A stretch of DNA of 64,000 bases. Source: Octopus bimaculoides (Eukaryota). Position 1 is the stretch's first letter; each line of letters opens with the position of its first letter. Both the position numbers and the translations under genes were made by a program. The stretch is taken from the NCBI RefSeq assembly GCF_001194135.2, contig NC_068992.1:12224388-12288387 (forward strand), in the 5' to 3' direction. Below the pieces are notes generated by a model. It did no database searches and had not been told where the DNA came from. It saw only the letters and a program-made list of their open reading frames with translations. Of this stretch, positions 11,818-25,526 are shown in pieces.

Positions 11818-12847
11818 AAAAGATAGATAGATAGATATAGATGTGTATCTGTCTATCAATTAATCAGTCAATCAATCAATCTACTTACCAATGTATCAAT
11901 CTGTTAATGTATGTATGTATGCAAGTATGTATGTATGTATGTATTTATATATGTATGTATGTATGTATGTATCTATCTATCTATCTATCTATCTATCTGT
12001 CTATCTATCTATCTATCTATCTATCTATCCATTTAACTTACCTCTAGTTAAAAATAATAAAACAATCAAACATTATTTGAAATATCCCGCAACACATTAA
12101 AACAAGAGAATCGGTCAAACAGGCCAATGCTGTTGTTACTATAGTCACAGCCAAACTAAGTCCTGTTAAGCATCTCCAATATAACCAACCTTACTCATGT
12201 TCTCTCTTGTTCGTTTTGTTTTTGTCAATGGACGAGACTGATTTTCACACCGTGCAATCACCGCTTTTGGTTTTCTCTCCTTTAGGGGTTTCTGCATCTC
12301 ATTAGCGACTGGAGACCTTTTTGTATTTGTAAAGATAATTATCGTGACCTGAGTTCGCAAATGATACGTGATAGCTTTGAGACATTTTATCGATATATAA
12401 TATATCTATCTTCCTCAAATATTTATTTTTAGTTCCTCCCCNNNNNNNNNNNNNNNNNNNNNNNNNNNNNNNNNNNNNNNNNNNNNNNNNNNNNNNNNNN
12501 NNNNNNNNNNNNNNNNNNNNNNNNNNNNNNNNNNNNNNNNNNNNNNNNNNNNNNNNNNNNNNNNNNNNNNNNNNNNNNNNNNNNNNNNNNNNNNNNNNNN
12601 NNNNNNNNNNNNNNNNNNNNNNNNNNNNNNNNNNNNNNNNNNNNNNNNNNNNNNNNNNNNNNNNNNNNNNNNNNNNNNNNNNNNNNNNNNNNNNNNNNNN
12701 NNNNNNNNNNNNNNNNNNNNNNNNNNNTCTTGTTTTCTGTCCGCCACTACATTCCCCCATGGTACGAATTTAATTTGTGTATACAAGTTTAATTTGTGGT
12801 CCGTGGGAAGAGCCATTTTAACGATGCGTCCTGCCGTAACTCTTCGA

Positions 12848-13057
12848 AACGCCTGTGTTAGAATGGGGGCAGCTGATGAAGGAAAATATTCTCTATGTGG
12901 CCCGTTTTTTTTCTGTAATCTGGTTATTATTATGTTTTTGTCAACGTTTTGTTTGCAACGTCCCGTACCCAGATATGCACCTATACATACAGGTAGATGT
13001 AGGTATGCACATACTTGTACGTATATATACATATACTCATTTATTATATATATATAT
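12848..13057. mobile_element. Unclassified interspersed repeat (family E), copy 1
   Basis: About 200 bp that clearly aligns with 51250-51440 (GTGTTAGAATGG.GGCA.CTGATGAAGG...GTACCCAGATAT...CAGGTAGATGTAGGTATG). Confidence 0.8.
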
Positions 13058-13199
13058 ACGACGGCCTCTTTCAGTTTCCGTATACCAAATCCACTCACAA
13101 AGCTTTGGTCAGCCCGAAGCTATAACAGAAGTGGGACTGAACCCGGAACAATGTGGTCGGTAAGCAAGCTACTTACCAGATAATCACTCTTGCGCCTAT
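13058..13199 (-). mobile_element. SINE family A, 5' half with an internal deletion
   Basis: The head and the AAAGCTTTGTGAGTGGATTTGGTA segment are present. The CACCTTGGGCAAGTG block is missing. Confidence 0.85.
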
Positions 13200-13445
13200 G
13201 TTTACACTTAAATATGTGTTTGTGTCTGTGTGTATATGTATGCATAAAAATTTTGACAGCCTTCTCCAAGTTTCGACTGGGGTCGAGCTCTTTTGAACCG
13301 GAGATATTCATCTCTTTCTAAATGGTTGCATGGTGTGTGTGTACGTGCGTTCGTGTGTGTATAGCTTATGTATATATTTTGTGTACAGATTATGTATATA
13401 TTTTATATACATATATATGTGTGTCTGTGTGTGTGTGTGTGTGTC

Positions 13446-13510
<65 letters not shown>

Positions 13511-13637
13511 ATATATGTATATATATACATAAACATGTATACAGGTATTCTGTGAGTGCGTGTCTGTATTTATGTATATAAATGAGTGAACATATAAGTA
13601 TACATAAACTCCTGTGCTCTCCCCCCACTTGCTCTCC

Positions 13638-13691
<54 letters not shown>

Positions 13692-13868
13692 CTCCCTTTC
13701 TCTCTCTCTCTCTCTTTCTCTTTCTCTCTGAATCAGTCACATATTTATATAAATAACCATCTACAATGTACATACTTCACACATCCGGCCGCTTGCCGTA
13801 ATGGATAGACTTGCACATTCAATTATCTGTCGTCTTTTTATGCTGAAACACAACCACTCACCACACAC

Positions 13869-13908
<40 letters not shown>

Positions 13909-14057
13909 ACACACATACACGCTGTCACGCAGACATACATACTCATTCTGTGTACACTGCTAACCTTACCTCAATTATGAATATTTATTGCAATAGAGTA
14001 TAACGCACCCACTCACATATTCGCATCTATGCATACATACACTGACACACCCACACA

Positions 14058-14097
<40 letters not shown>

Positions 14098-14289
14098 AAC
14101 ACACACACACACATATTCGCATTTATACATGCATACATACACTGACATAGACACGCACACACCCACACACACACTCGTGCGCATACACGTCGCTCTGCGG
14201 ATGCACATACATAGATGCAAGCCCTAACATTCCTGTACACACATCCAACGCACACACACACACACTGACACATATACATTCACACTTAT

Positions 14290-14507
14290 TATTAATATTG
14301 ATTTCAAATCCTGCCGCAAGGTCAGCAAGTTCAGGCGAGTGTTCAAGTAGATTGTATCAACCTCAGTATGGAACTGGTACTTATTTTATCGACCTCGAAA
14401 GGGTGAAAGTCAAAATCGTCCCAGGCAGAATTTGAACATAAAAGCAGACCAAATGCCGCTAAGCATTTTTGCCGTCATTCTAACTATTCCACACAGTCAC
14501 CGCCTTA
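14290..14507 (-). mobile_element. SINE family C, near full length
   Basis: Contains the reverse complement of the conserved centre TTTCA.CCTTTCGAGGTCGATAAAATAAGTACCAG, plus the head. Confidence 0.8.
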
Positions 14508-15464
14508 ATGCACTTATCTTAATATTACAGTTAACTGACACACACACCTATGTATTAAACGTAGCTTAAGAAATGTAGAACTACACAAACCAATATTGTT
14601 ATCAATACAATCAGGCTCGTACACACTAGCCCGTCTCCTTCTAACATTAATGTTGTGGCCACTAACAGACATGTACGCATACACTGACCAATAGATACAC
14701 GTTCATGCAAATATGAAACGAGCAATGGAATACCTACACACATATATACCATACATTACCACCCTACTCATATACATGCACACAAGACCGCCCGATTGCA
14801 TGTACGCACATTCACTCACACACGTATTACGAAGACATACATGTGCATGCGTTGGCACATACGCGTAGCTAACAAAAAGAGACATCACTAATAAGTCATA
14901 CTTACACACACTTCCACAAATATTCGGAAGAACAGTACAGAGGACCAAACCACACACATACACACACACACACAATCACACAAACGCACACACAGACTCA
15001 CACACTTGCAGTCACGTTGATTTGGTCTGTCTGTGTACGTTATATAACATTAGCCGCAACTGGCGTAATTGTACTACAAGCAGACATTTGATCTGTAGCT
15101 TATACAAGACATATTCATATCTAAATTCAATCTGCCACTTAAGCCAGGAAATCGTAGCTTGTCAGTACTTCGTAACTTGGAAAAGCATCTGCAAGAGGTT
15201 AATAGGGTGTCGGGCAATCAGACATAGATTTACTGGTTCATGGCCTGCTATCGAGCATTGAGAAAACTAAGCTTTAAGTATCTGGTCAGCAACGACAGGA
15301 AATTCATCTCTGAAATATTGCACCGAATTTTACGCTAACGCGCCAAGGGAACTTTTAAGTGGTTACTTGACCTGCTAGAGATATTTGCCAAATGCATTTC
15401 ATGCCATTGTCCTATCCTCTGCAAGGAAGATTAAAGGCACGTTGCTTAAATTTCAACTTATTGA

Positions 15465-15850
15465 TGTTGTTGTTGGCACTCCGTCGCTTACGACGTCGAG
15501 GGTTCCAGTCGATCCGATCAACTGAACAGCCTGCTCGTGAAATTAATGTGCAAGTGGCTGAGCATTCCACAGACGCGTGTACCCTTAACGTAGTTCTCGG
15601 GGATATTCAGCGTGACACAGTGCGACAAGGCTGACCCTTTGAATTACAGGCACAACAGAAACAGGAAGAAAGGGTGAGAGAAAGTTGTTGTGAAACAGTA
15701 CAGCAGGGTTCGCCACCATTCCCTGCCGGTGCCTGATGGAGCTTTTAGGTGTTTTCGCTCAGTAAACACTCACAACGCCCGGTCTGGGAATCGAAACCAC
15801 GATCCTATGACCGCGAGTCCGCTGCTCTAACCACTGGGCCATTGCGCCTC
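15465..15850 (-). mobile_element. SINE family B, full length
   Basis: The minus-strand head GAGGCGCAATGGCCCAGTGGTTAGAGCAGCGGACTCGCGG...GGTTTCGATTCCC has A-box and B-box-like motifs. The tail is ...GACGGAGTGCC(AAC)n. Homologous to 43091, 43949 and 61818. Confidence 0.92.
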
Positions 15851-15959
15851 TAAAGAAGTCTTGTATACAATAAGCTTCAAACATAACGACCATGAAGACA
15901 ATGACGGCGCTGGCGACCACCGCGACGCAGCTCCAAAAGTATACAGCATGCTCTTTTAT

Positions 15960-16360
15960 TACTTTACTTGATTTAGTCGTTAGACTGAGGCCACACTCCG
16001 ACACCACCTTAGCGGGTCTTTTCCTACAAATCGACTCTGCTACTTATTTTTTTTAGCCTAGTACTTACTCTGTGGATCTTTTTTTCCCGAAGTGTTTTTC
16101 TAAGTTACGGCAACGTAAACAAGTCAAAACTAGTTGTCAAGGAGTAGTCGGGGACATACACGGAGACAAAGACACGTGCAATCTCCCCACACATTCACAC
16201 ACACATATATTCACATACAACGTGCTTCTTTCAGTTTCCGTTTACCAAATCCACTTATGACGCTTTGGTCGGCCCGGGGCTATCGTAGAAAACACACAAG
16301 CGGAGCTGAACTTGGAACCAAGTGGCTTGGTGGCAAACGTACAACACAGCCACGCCTACG
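15960..16360 (-). mobile_element. SINE family A, diverged near-full copy
   Basis: Collinear in reverse complement with 16615-17021. Confidence 0.8.
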
Positions 16361-16614
16361 ACTATATGATCATTGAACCCTTCTAGTATTGTAATATCAA
16401 CTTACTAAAGTGATATAGCCAAGTTGTTATAATACTTTTACACCATATTAGTTCTGGAGTTCATATCCTCTAACGGTAGCTTTTCATCGTTTTTAGACCT
16501 AACTTGTTAGCAATTATAGGAAGAGATACAGCGTCACACTAATTAACGTAGCCCTCAGATATATGGCAGCACCAGACAACAGTTTTTCCTCGCTGTCAAT
16601 TATGTATATATATA

Positions 16615-16776
16615 GGTGCAGGAATGGATATGTGGTAAAGAGCTTACTTCCCAATCACATGGTCCCGGGTTCAGTCCCGCTGCGTGACACCTTGGGCAAG
16701 TGTCTACTACTATATCCTCGGGCCGACCAAAGCCTTGTGAGTGAATTTGGTAGACAGAAACTGAAAGAAGCCCGTC

Positions 16777-16827
<51 letters not shown>

Positions 16828-17021
16828 TGTTTGTCCCCCACCATCCTGACAACCGATGTTGGTGTGTTTACGTCCTCGAAACGTAGCGGTTCAGCCTAAG
16901 AGACAGATAGAATAAAGTACCAGGCTTACAAAGAATAATCCCTGGGAGCGATTTGTTCGACTAAATGCGGTGCTCTAGCATGGCCGCAGTCAAATGACTA
17001 AAACAAATAAAAGAATAAAAG
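16615..17021 (+). mobile_element. SINE family A, full length (tRNA-derived head, internal (TA)n(TG)n, CR1-type tail)
   Basis: A-box-like TGGATATGTGG and B-box-like GGTTCAGTCCC, then CACCTTGGGCAAGTG (reminiscent of the CORE-SINE block), an internal microsatellite, and the tail GCGGTGCTCTAGCATGGCCGCAGTCAAATGACTAAAAC. It may be one of the described octopus tRNA-SINEs; this was not verified. Confidence 0.92.
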
Positions 17022-17039
17022 TTTATCCATATATGCTCA

Positions 17040-17190
17040 CACGACAGGCTTCTGTCAATTACTGACAGCTAAATCTTTTAACAAGGGTTTGGCTGGCACG
17101 AGAGGTTATGGTGGAAGACACTTGCCCAAGGACTGGACTCTGAATCACGTGGTTTGGAAGCAAACTACTTTCCACACAACCACACCTTCC
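17040..17190 (-). mobile_element. SINE family A, diverged 5' half
   Basis: GAAGACACTTGCCCAAGG...TCACGTGGTTTGGAAGCAAACTACT is the reverse complement of the head. Confidence 0.75.
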
Positions 17191-17870
17191 ACTCTGCATT
17201 GTTCTTCTAGTTATATGAATTATGCATGTGTGTGCTTATGTTTTGTGTATGAGTGTATGGTGTATAACTGAGAATATGTAGGTGTCTGTGATTGTCTCTG
17301 CATGTGAGTCTTACTGTGTGCGACTGTGTGTGTGTGTATCTATAATATCATTTACGTTCGTGCATTCATACATAAAACATATATTTACTGAAAAGTGGGA
17401 ATCATTTATGTGGATTACGCTTTATTTGGTTTTGGTTTTTGCGCAACGTGTGTTCTGGGCATTTATGTGTATGTACATTTGTGTGCCCATGTATATATCT
17501 TCATGTGAGTGTGAATAGAATATTTTATGAGCTAAAGTGTTAGTTTCTTCGGAATGCGATAAAAAATAAGGAAGCGAAATGGATATGACGTGCCGTGGCT
17601 GTCTGTAGAATCTCCATTCTGAAAATGTCAACTAGAATTTTGGCACCGTTCTGAAGGCACACATTCCTGCTCAACGTCGATGATATTCTACATATTTCTT
17701 TAGCTTATCAACATTCAAATCTACATACAAACGGTATGAATATATTTGTATATGTACATAAATACATACACACGTACATGATTCTATATGCAAGCAGGCA
17801 TGTATGTATCAATATATTTGAATATATATATGCGCGCGCGCGTGTGCGTGTATACGTGCTTGCTTCATAT

Positions 17871-17904
<34 letters not shown>

Positions 17905-18431
17905 TAGGGTAATAACTTGATACCTTTAGCTCTGTGACTATTTGCATACATATTTATGTGTGTGCGTGCGTGTGTGTGTGAGTGCGTGTGCGCATGCGTG
18001 TTTATAGATTGTTTGAAGTGGTTTACAGATATCATAAATAAAGAAGAATTTGGCAGTCAGAGTTCTGGATAACTATTTATTAGCACCTTCATCTCATTTC
18101 AGAGATTCATCAGCAATTATTTTGTAGAAGAAATTTATACCTTTTACATATATATATATATGTGTGTGTTAGTTGAAAAGAAAAAAAAAATTCAGGAGTT
18201 GCCTGTGGAGGAGGATGTTCTTTGTTATTTCGAATCTTCATGTGTGTATGCATAAATAATACATGTATTGATATGTGTGTGCATGTATGAATATAAGTAT
18301 GTGTGAGTTTGCGGATTACTTTTGGAGGTTTGGTTAGAGGGAGTAAAAAGAATGTTTAAAAGCAGGGCAGGGAGGAAGAAAGAAGGAGAAAAGGAAAAGA
18401 GAAAGAAGAGAAAGAGTGAGAGAGAGAGAGA

Positions 18432-18478
<47 letters not shown>

Positions 18479-18617
18479 AGATCTTTTTCTGAGATGATAG
18501 AAATTGCATTGTTTTTCTTCGATCGCTTACCATAGTAGATAGCTGTAGAAAGGGGTTTTTTCTTTCTTTCTTTCTTTCTTTCTTCCTTTCTTTCTTTCGT
18601 TCTTTCTTTCTTTCTTC

Positions 18618-18655
<38 letters not shown>

Positions 18656-19358
18656 ATCTATATTTGTTTCTCTTTCTTTCTTACATCGTTCTGTATGATC
18701 TCCAACGCCATTGACTCTTCACCGACACATCAACCTGTTCCTGGAGCAAAGGAGACATGAAATCCTAAACAGAATTTTTCATCCCAGAGAGGTAAATTCT
18801 CGAATAGTAAATTCGTAAACAATCTTTGTAATCCCCGAGGATCATCGGGTAGTACACCAAAACACCGCATGACCTCACACGCCAACTCATAAACATCCCT
18901 CCGCGCGCGTGCACACACACACACACACATACTCATAAATACAATCAGACGCACAGTTAAATGGTCTACACACACAGGCATAAGGCCGACATGTTCGCTC
19001 GTACAAACATACGCTTCTACACAGATATCTGGCCTCCTTTGAAACAATAACCAAACGTCTGAAGTTGCTATCATGGATGCGTGCTTGAATACCATTCGAC
19101 CTCTGAAGGAACTTCTCTCATGCACATTTGTTTGGTTATTTGTTTTCTCATACACAATGGTAAATTATCCATGTGCATTATGTCGGTTAAAAATCTCTGC
19201 AAGTTTGTAGATGTACACGAGAATGTAAATCGACCATATCGCGACATTTGGCTAATTGATTTACGTAATAATGACAGTCGTTTGGATGAAACACGTAAAT
19301 GTTTTATACGGTTTAAAATACCTATCACGTTTTTGTGCTCATTGTTATTATTACTATT

Positions 19359-19580
19359 TGGCAGAATCGTTAGCACGCTGGACGAAATGATCAGCAGTAT
19401 TTCGGCCGTCGATACATTTTGGACTCAAATTTTGCCGATGTCGATTTTGCCTTTTATCCGTTCGGGGTGGATAAATTAAGTACCACTGAAACACTGGCGT
19501 CGGTGTAGTTGACTAATCCCATTCCCCCCAGATTTCAGGCCTTGTGCCTTTAATAGAAAATATTATTATTATTATTATTA
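19359..19580 (+). mobile_element. SINE family C, full length with (ATT)n tail
   Basis: TGGCAGAATCGTTAGCACGC...GGGGTGGATAAATTAAGTACCA...TTTCAGGCCTTGTGCCTTTAATAGAAAA(TAT)n. Confidence 0.88.
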
Positions 19581-19584
19581 CGCA

Positions 19585-19810
19585 TGGAGAGTTGGATGAG
19601 CTGCCAGTACTGTCAGCACGCAGGAATAAATGCTTATAGCAGTTTTTCCAGCTCCTCACATTTTGTGTTCAAATTCTGCCGAGGTCGACATTGCCTTTCA
19701 CCATTTCGGGGGTCGATGAAATAAATATCAGTCGGGCATTGGGGCCGATATAATAGACACGCCCTCTCCTTCAGAGTTTCAAACTTGTACCAACAGAAGA
19801 AAGAATTATC
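19585..19810 (+). mobile_element. SINE family C, second copy, head-to-tail with the previous one
   Basis: GTTCAAATTCTGCCGAGGTCGACATTGCCTTTCACCATTTCGGGGGTCGATGAAATAAA. Confidence 0.8.
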
Positions 19811-19847
19811 GCTATAGACACGCGCATAAATATATGTGGATGTGCGG

Positions 19848-19923
<76 letters not shown>

Positions 19924-20947
19924 GAATAAATAATTATACGTGTAAATCACTGTGCTCTGTACCCTTGCTATAAAAATGTAACTTACAAAACCAGCTCAAA
20001 GAAGGTTAACAATTCACTAGGTTACAATAAGTATTGAAGTTGATATGATTGACTGAATCTTTTGAAGAAAGAGTTCAGATGGCCACAGTCGAATGACTGA
20101 CACCAGGAAAATAAATAATAATATATATTGCCTGTAGTGTAATGTCACAAACACTTGTACATTTGAACTTCTAACGGGAAATCACATAACAGCTTCCAAA
20201 TTAATTTTCGCACGTCTCATCTTGAAACAGTCAACATTTTGGATCGGACACGAAGAAAATTGCACCCATTCACATTATAGAGCTAGCTACTGAAATATTT
20301 GGCTTTGTGGCACGTTCAATTTTAACAGATTACATTTTCAGAAATTACAAACACCAGCAGCTAAATTCACATCATTAAATTGTATTAATCAGCAAAGTGA
20401 GACGATGATGTTGTAGATTCGGTTTGGGTGTATGGTTTAAATTGCATCATTCACTTTTAACTGTTAATAATATGTTTCACTTCGCATTGGTTTTTGTCAT
20501 GAAGCTCACTGAACATCACTAAATTTCTAGAAATATATTTATATATTTGGAAATTTCGTACGTATATTGTGTATGTTACATATATACATATATACATACA
20601 TACATATGGCTCCGTCACCATCGGACGTGCAGGTGTTCAGGTCCATTTAAAAAGTCCGTTTTGAACGCCTTTCTATAGAAAATACCGACGTCTCCAGCCT
20701 AAATCGGTAGCTGGTTTATTTCTCCAATAATTGATTAAAGAAACACCTTTTACTCGCCAGCGTAGCGTTATCCTGAACAGATTTTAAAATATACATCTGC
20801 ACCACATGGAATCTCGTTAACACGATTATGGTTGAAACTAACACCACCACAGATGAAAGTAACAACGTCACCACCGATGAAAACAGAACTAATAAGCATA
20901 CATACATACATACATACATACATACATACATACATACATACATACAT

Positions 20948-21202
20948 GAAATTTACAGAAAACAAATGACGAAGAGAGGTGTATAAACAACAAATAGGTG
21001 TATTAGTTTGACGCTCGGGAAGGTGAGAAGGCCTTTGCAAAAATAAAATCTGAACTTAGATACATACATACATACATTCATACACACAAAGGAAATTTAC
21101 AGAAAACAAATGACGAAGAGAGGTGTATAAACAACAAATAAGTGTATTAGTTTGACGCTAGGGAAGGTGAGAAGGCCTTTGCAAAAATAAAATCTGAACT
21201 TA
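20948..21202. repeat. Tandem duplication of a 111-bp unit separated by (CATA)n
   Basis: 20948-21058 and 21092-21202 differ at about two positions, with no gap between them. The unit is related to the 8964 repeat. Confidence 0.9.
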
Positions 21203-21228
21203 CATACATACATACATACAAAAAATCT

Positions 21229-22170
21229 AACAATGCCGAAAGCCAACTTGAATTAATAACATTTTCAGCTGACATAGGAGTGGAATTTGGCCAAAAGAAA
21301 TGTTCATATTTGATAGTTGTTAAACAGGTAAAATCTGTCCCTCCACACCCAAAACTTATGCATCAATGGTCTCAAGATCTTTCCTGTCCCACACAAAGAA
21401 TGCTAAAAGTACCTGGACATTGATGAAAATATATCATACAAAATGCTGTGAATAAAACTGAAGTGACCCGAGAATATTGTGGCTGACTTGGAAAAATAAA
21501 GCTGTCAGAACTCTCCTCTGCAAATCATTTGTAGGACCAGTATTGGGATATTTGACTGATCTGCAGAGGAAATCCACTCCGTAGGCGTGAAAACCTGCAA
21601 GGTTCTGACATCAACAGGAAATCTCCACACAAAAAGTGATAACGACAGCCACTACCTAAGAAGAAATAAAGTAAGTAGAGACTCGAGGTCAGTGCAGACA
21701 GCCTACGAGTGTCGTATAGTCTCTCTCAGATAGCATTACTTAAACGATAACAGCAATAATATATGTACTAAGAGCTGAAAAGCGAGGAGAGCAATATCCA
21801 ATGTGCGAGCAGCGCGCTCCCCAGGAAGCAATCTCTTTCTGATGACCTCCTCTACGGACCCAAATAATCTGGACTAACATACCTCCAAGAAAATCTCGAT
21901 GTGGAATCCTCAGAATAACAAAAAAATGACTAAGCATGGGTATCTTTTCTGAACACTTGAAGAAGATAAAAATATCGATATGAAGCACAGTCTCTCTTGG
22001 ACTCTTGACAGCTACAGCATATTACACTTAGAAGGCTATGCATTTGCAATCTAAGAACAGGAGATAGCTATGATATTCCTAAGAAACAAAAGTGACAGTG
22101 AAGCCTATGGAACTCCAAGGTGATACAGAGAATGTAGATTTTGTCATATTTCCCAGGAAACATCACACAA
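21229..22170 (+). mobile_element. R4/Dong-like RLE non-LTR retrotransposon relic (late RT to CCHC knuckle)
   Basis: Frames with stops and frameshifts give ITFSADIGVEFGQKKCSYL, KYLDIDENISY, RSVQTAYECRIVSL, KHGYLF, EGYAFAI*EQEI and ECRFCHISQET. These motifs occur in the order expected for R4-clade ORFs. Confidence 0.8.
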
Positions 22171-22838
22171 GATGTATGTATATATGTATGTAGTATGTGT
22201 GTGTGTACGTATGTATATGCATGTGTGTGTATGTATGTATGTATGTATGTATGTATGAAATAATTTATGTGCGTGCTTGTGTATTTGCGTATGTGTGTGC
22301 ATGTATACAAATACACACACTCGTGCACACACACAGAAACACACACACACACACGTAAATAGATGGACGATCATTAGACTCAGTTACACTTACATGCGTA
22401 CACACACACACACACACACGCACACATACACACACACATATGTGCAGCACACAGGTCGAATTGTGAGTCACATGCTTATAAATGTATAGGCACACGTACT
22501 CAATACACGACCACCAATATCGATATAAATACTCGTCACAAAAAGGAACGCGTCAGACGTAGCAAAACGCTTGAGGATGGATTTGAATATGTGTTAGAAA
22601 TTGAATTAGTAATTAAATAAACAAATAAACAAATACATTGATTTAACAAGACTTTCATAATAATTGATTATGATTCGAAACTTAAATTGCAACCAGTACG
22701 GGTGTGTTAGTTAAAAGAATAACGCAATCAAGACTGGAACAGCTTCTTTTTCAACACATACGCTCTCATGAAGAATGTTGCAAGTCATATACATGTAATT
22801 AATCACAGACACATACACACACACACGCAATTCCATAC

Positions 22839-22869
<31 letters not shown>

Positions 22870-22879
22870 TAGTGAGAGA

Positions 22880-22923
<44 letters not shown>

Positions 22924-22941
22924 GAGAGAGAGAGAGAGAGT

Positions 22942-22972
<31 letters not shown>

Positions 22973-23553
22973 GCAGAGACCGAGACAGATGAATGGAGAG
23001 AGACAGAGAGAGAGTTACATGTATGTGCATACATTCGGATATGTATGTTTAACAATGAGTATATATACACCTAAACTGATACGTATAAATATGTGATAAA
23101 TATATTTATGTACGAGTTCATGTCAATGTTCTTGTTTTTTAAAAATATTCTTAGACTGCTTTATATCTTGTAAATATTCACGTAGAGTAAAAATTATACT
23201 AAACATATACGGCGAATTCAAAGTTTTATGAAAGTTATGCTCATCAAAAGTGTCCTTTTATAATAATAAATTCTCAAATATCAAAATGATTTTGCTTGCA
23301 GCTATTTCCTCAATATATTAAAATATTGCTGGATATAGTTTGAAGGATATAATAGCTTTTATTCTTCAACGCCCGGAGCTGTTTTCATCAATCGTATATA
23401 GTATATCGCTATAATAATCTCTAAATTATAATACAGCCCGAGTGAGCTTTATGAAAAGAGGATGTCATGAACGTCTGATAGTCAATAGTTGATGATCGCG
23501 TCACAGATCAAAATGAGTTGTTCACTTTGCATATACATATTCACACACGCACG

Positions 23554-23593
<40 letters not shown>

Positions 23594-23718
23594 GAAACGA
23601 ACACTTACATATACACGCATATGCATATAAACATATAAGCGTAAACACATACACACATGTATATATAGAAACATATACACACGCACATACATACATATAT
23701 ACATGCTTACATACATAC

Positions 23719-23751
<33 letters not shown>

Positions 23752-24331
23752 TGTATAGCAGCGTATGTTGATGTTCAGTGGCTGAAAGAGAAAATGTCGC
23801 ATGTGTTGTGGGTTGGGATTTCAGCGCTCTAATCTATTTTGTAAAATATACCGAAAGAGTATAGAGTTAGTGTTGTTCTGAATGTACTTTCGTGTTTTCA
23901 CGGAAGTGAATACCAGCATGTGTACATAGGCAAAATCCAATCGCGATTTTAACTCAATTTGCCTTCGAGTGAGCCTGTTATATCTTTTAGTTGGCCTCTG
24001 GCTTTGGCCTAAGATGGCGTAAACATTCACCAATTTACAGAACATAATGGTCTGACAGACAGATACGAACTTTATATAAACTTCTCACCATAAAGCATAT
24101 ATTGTAGCCTACTCTGCAAACCTAAACAGAGTTCTACTACCAAAAGTTTTTAAATCCGTGTTAGTGAGCCAATCTAGTTATGGTGTACACCGCATCCTTT
24201 TCTTCGCACTGTTATTTCTAGCAAGTCTTATGCCGTAGTTAGACGCTACCTCATTTAAACATTTGGCAAATCTCTGCAAAATCAGTTCTGTTAGGTAACA
24301 TTTCTTTGATCTTGGTTTTTACCTCTTTTTT

Positions 24332-24440
<109 letters not shown>

Positions 24441-25450
24441 ATCTTTCTGTTTCTATCTCTGCGGATTATATCCTGAATTCAAAGCATCGAACCTTGTTGT
24501 ATTGCATCATGCTTATTTGGCCTCTACAACATTCAAACAACCGGCATTAATTTCACGAGTACGAACATTGTAGCTCGAACGATTGACTGCACCTGGCCGA
24601 GAACGACGAAGAATCCATTTGAAACCTTTAAAAGTATAACTGTGGTAACAGTTTCTCATTAGTATAGTTTCAATTACTTTACGTCACTGTTATTACTTGT
24701 AATGTATTTTCTTATGTCACTGTTACCGCTGACAGTTCTCTGACTGTTGCTACGTGTGAAGGCCTTACACAAAGACATCGTTTTTATCATCAGTATTGTC
24801 ACTCTTCATTTAAAGGCTGATGCAGTAGTCATCGTTTCGTTCTTTCCGCCCTTCCAAGGACGAATTTATATGCCATCAATATGGGAAATATCTCACATAT
24901 GCACCTTAAACAATGTTGGAGTGTTTAAATGAATCGTTTCCGACAAGATAATGAAAATATAAATTCTTCTCTCAAATGGGGAAGAAATATGAATATAAGC
25001 CCTATTTGTATTTCTTGATATAACATCCAGAGAATGGAAAAAAAACACATATATTTCTAACTTTTGTTAGATAATGTAAATATTGTGACAAATCAAGAAG
25101 GAACTATTGAAGACACGTTTTCTTTTTCTTCTTCTTTCTTTTTTTTTATTTCAAGTAATCTACGCGTGACAACAATAAAAACAAGTACAAAAGCAACAGT
25201 AACAATAACTAGTGGAGCCTGTAGATATTCTACATTACACAAATGATCGTATTTCTATTTTCTATATCACATGTATTACTTCATAACATTGTTTCATTAT
25301 GTTAAAGTTTCCAATTATATCTTCGATTTAGCTCAATAGTTTAAAACTGTCGGAGACATGACATCAGGACGTGTTTCATTATCTTAGAGTTTTCGATTAC
25401 ATCGTAGATTTCAATGTTTAAAGCGTAACATTCGAACACCTGCGTGACAG

Positions 25451-25454
25451 TGGT

Positions 25455-25525
<71 letters not shown>
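25451..25525. repeat. Compound (GCA)n(GTA)n trinucleotide repeat
   Basis: Directly visible. Confidence 0.95.

Positions 25526-25526
<1 letters not shown>

Noticed and set aside
12286-12328. SLATGDLFV, resembling GPCR TM2
   Set aside because: There is no upstream TM1/loop pattern, and a stop follows within a few codons.
12835-12890. Type II hammerhead (GAAAC...CTGATGA)
   Set aside because: Helices I and II cannot be formed.
15099-15338. 79-codon frame with one internal stop
   Set aside because: No recognisable motif, and compatible with chance.
16615-16685. tRNA genes at SINE heads
   Set aside because: They have A/B-box-like motifs, but no cloverleaf was evident and they are continuous with SINE bodies.
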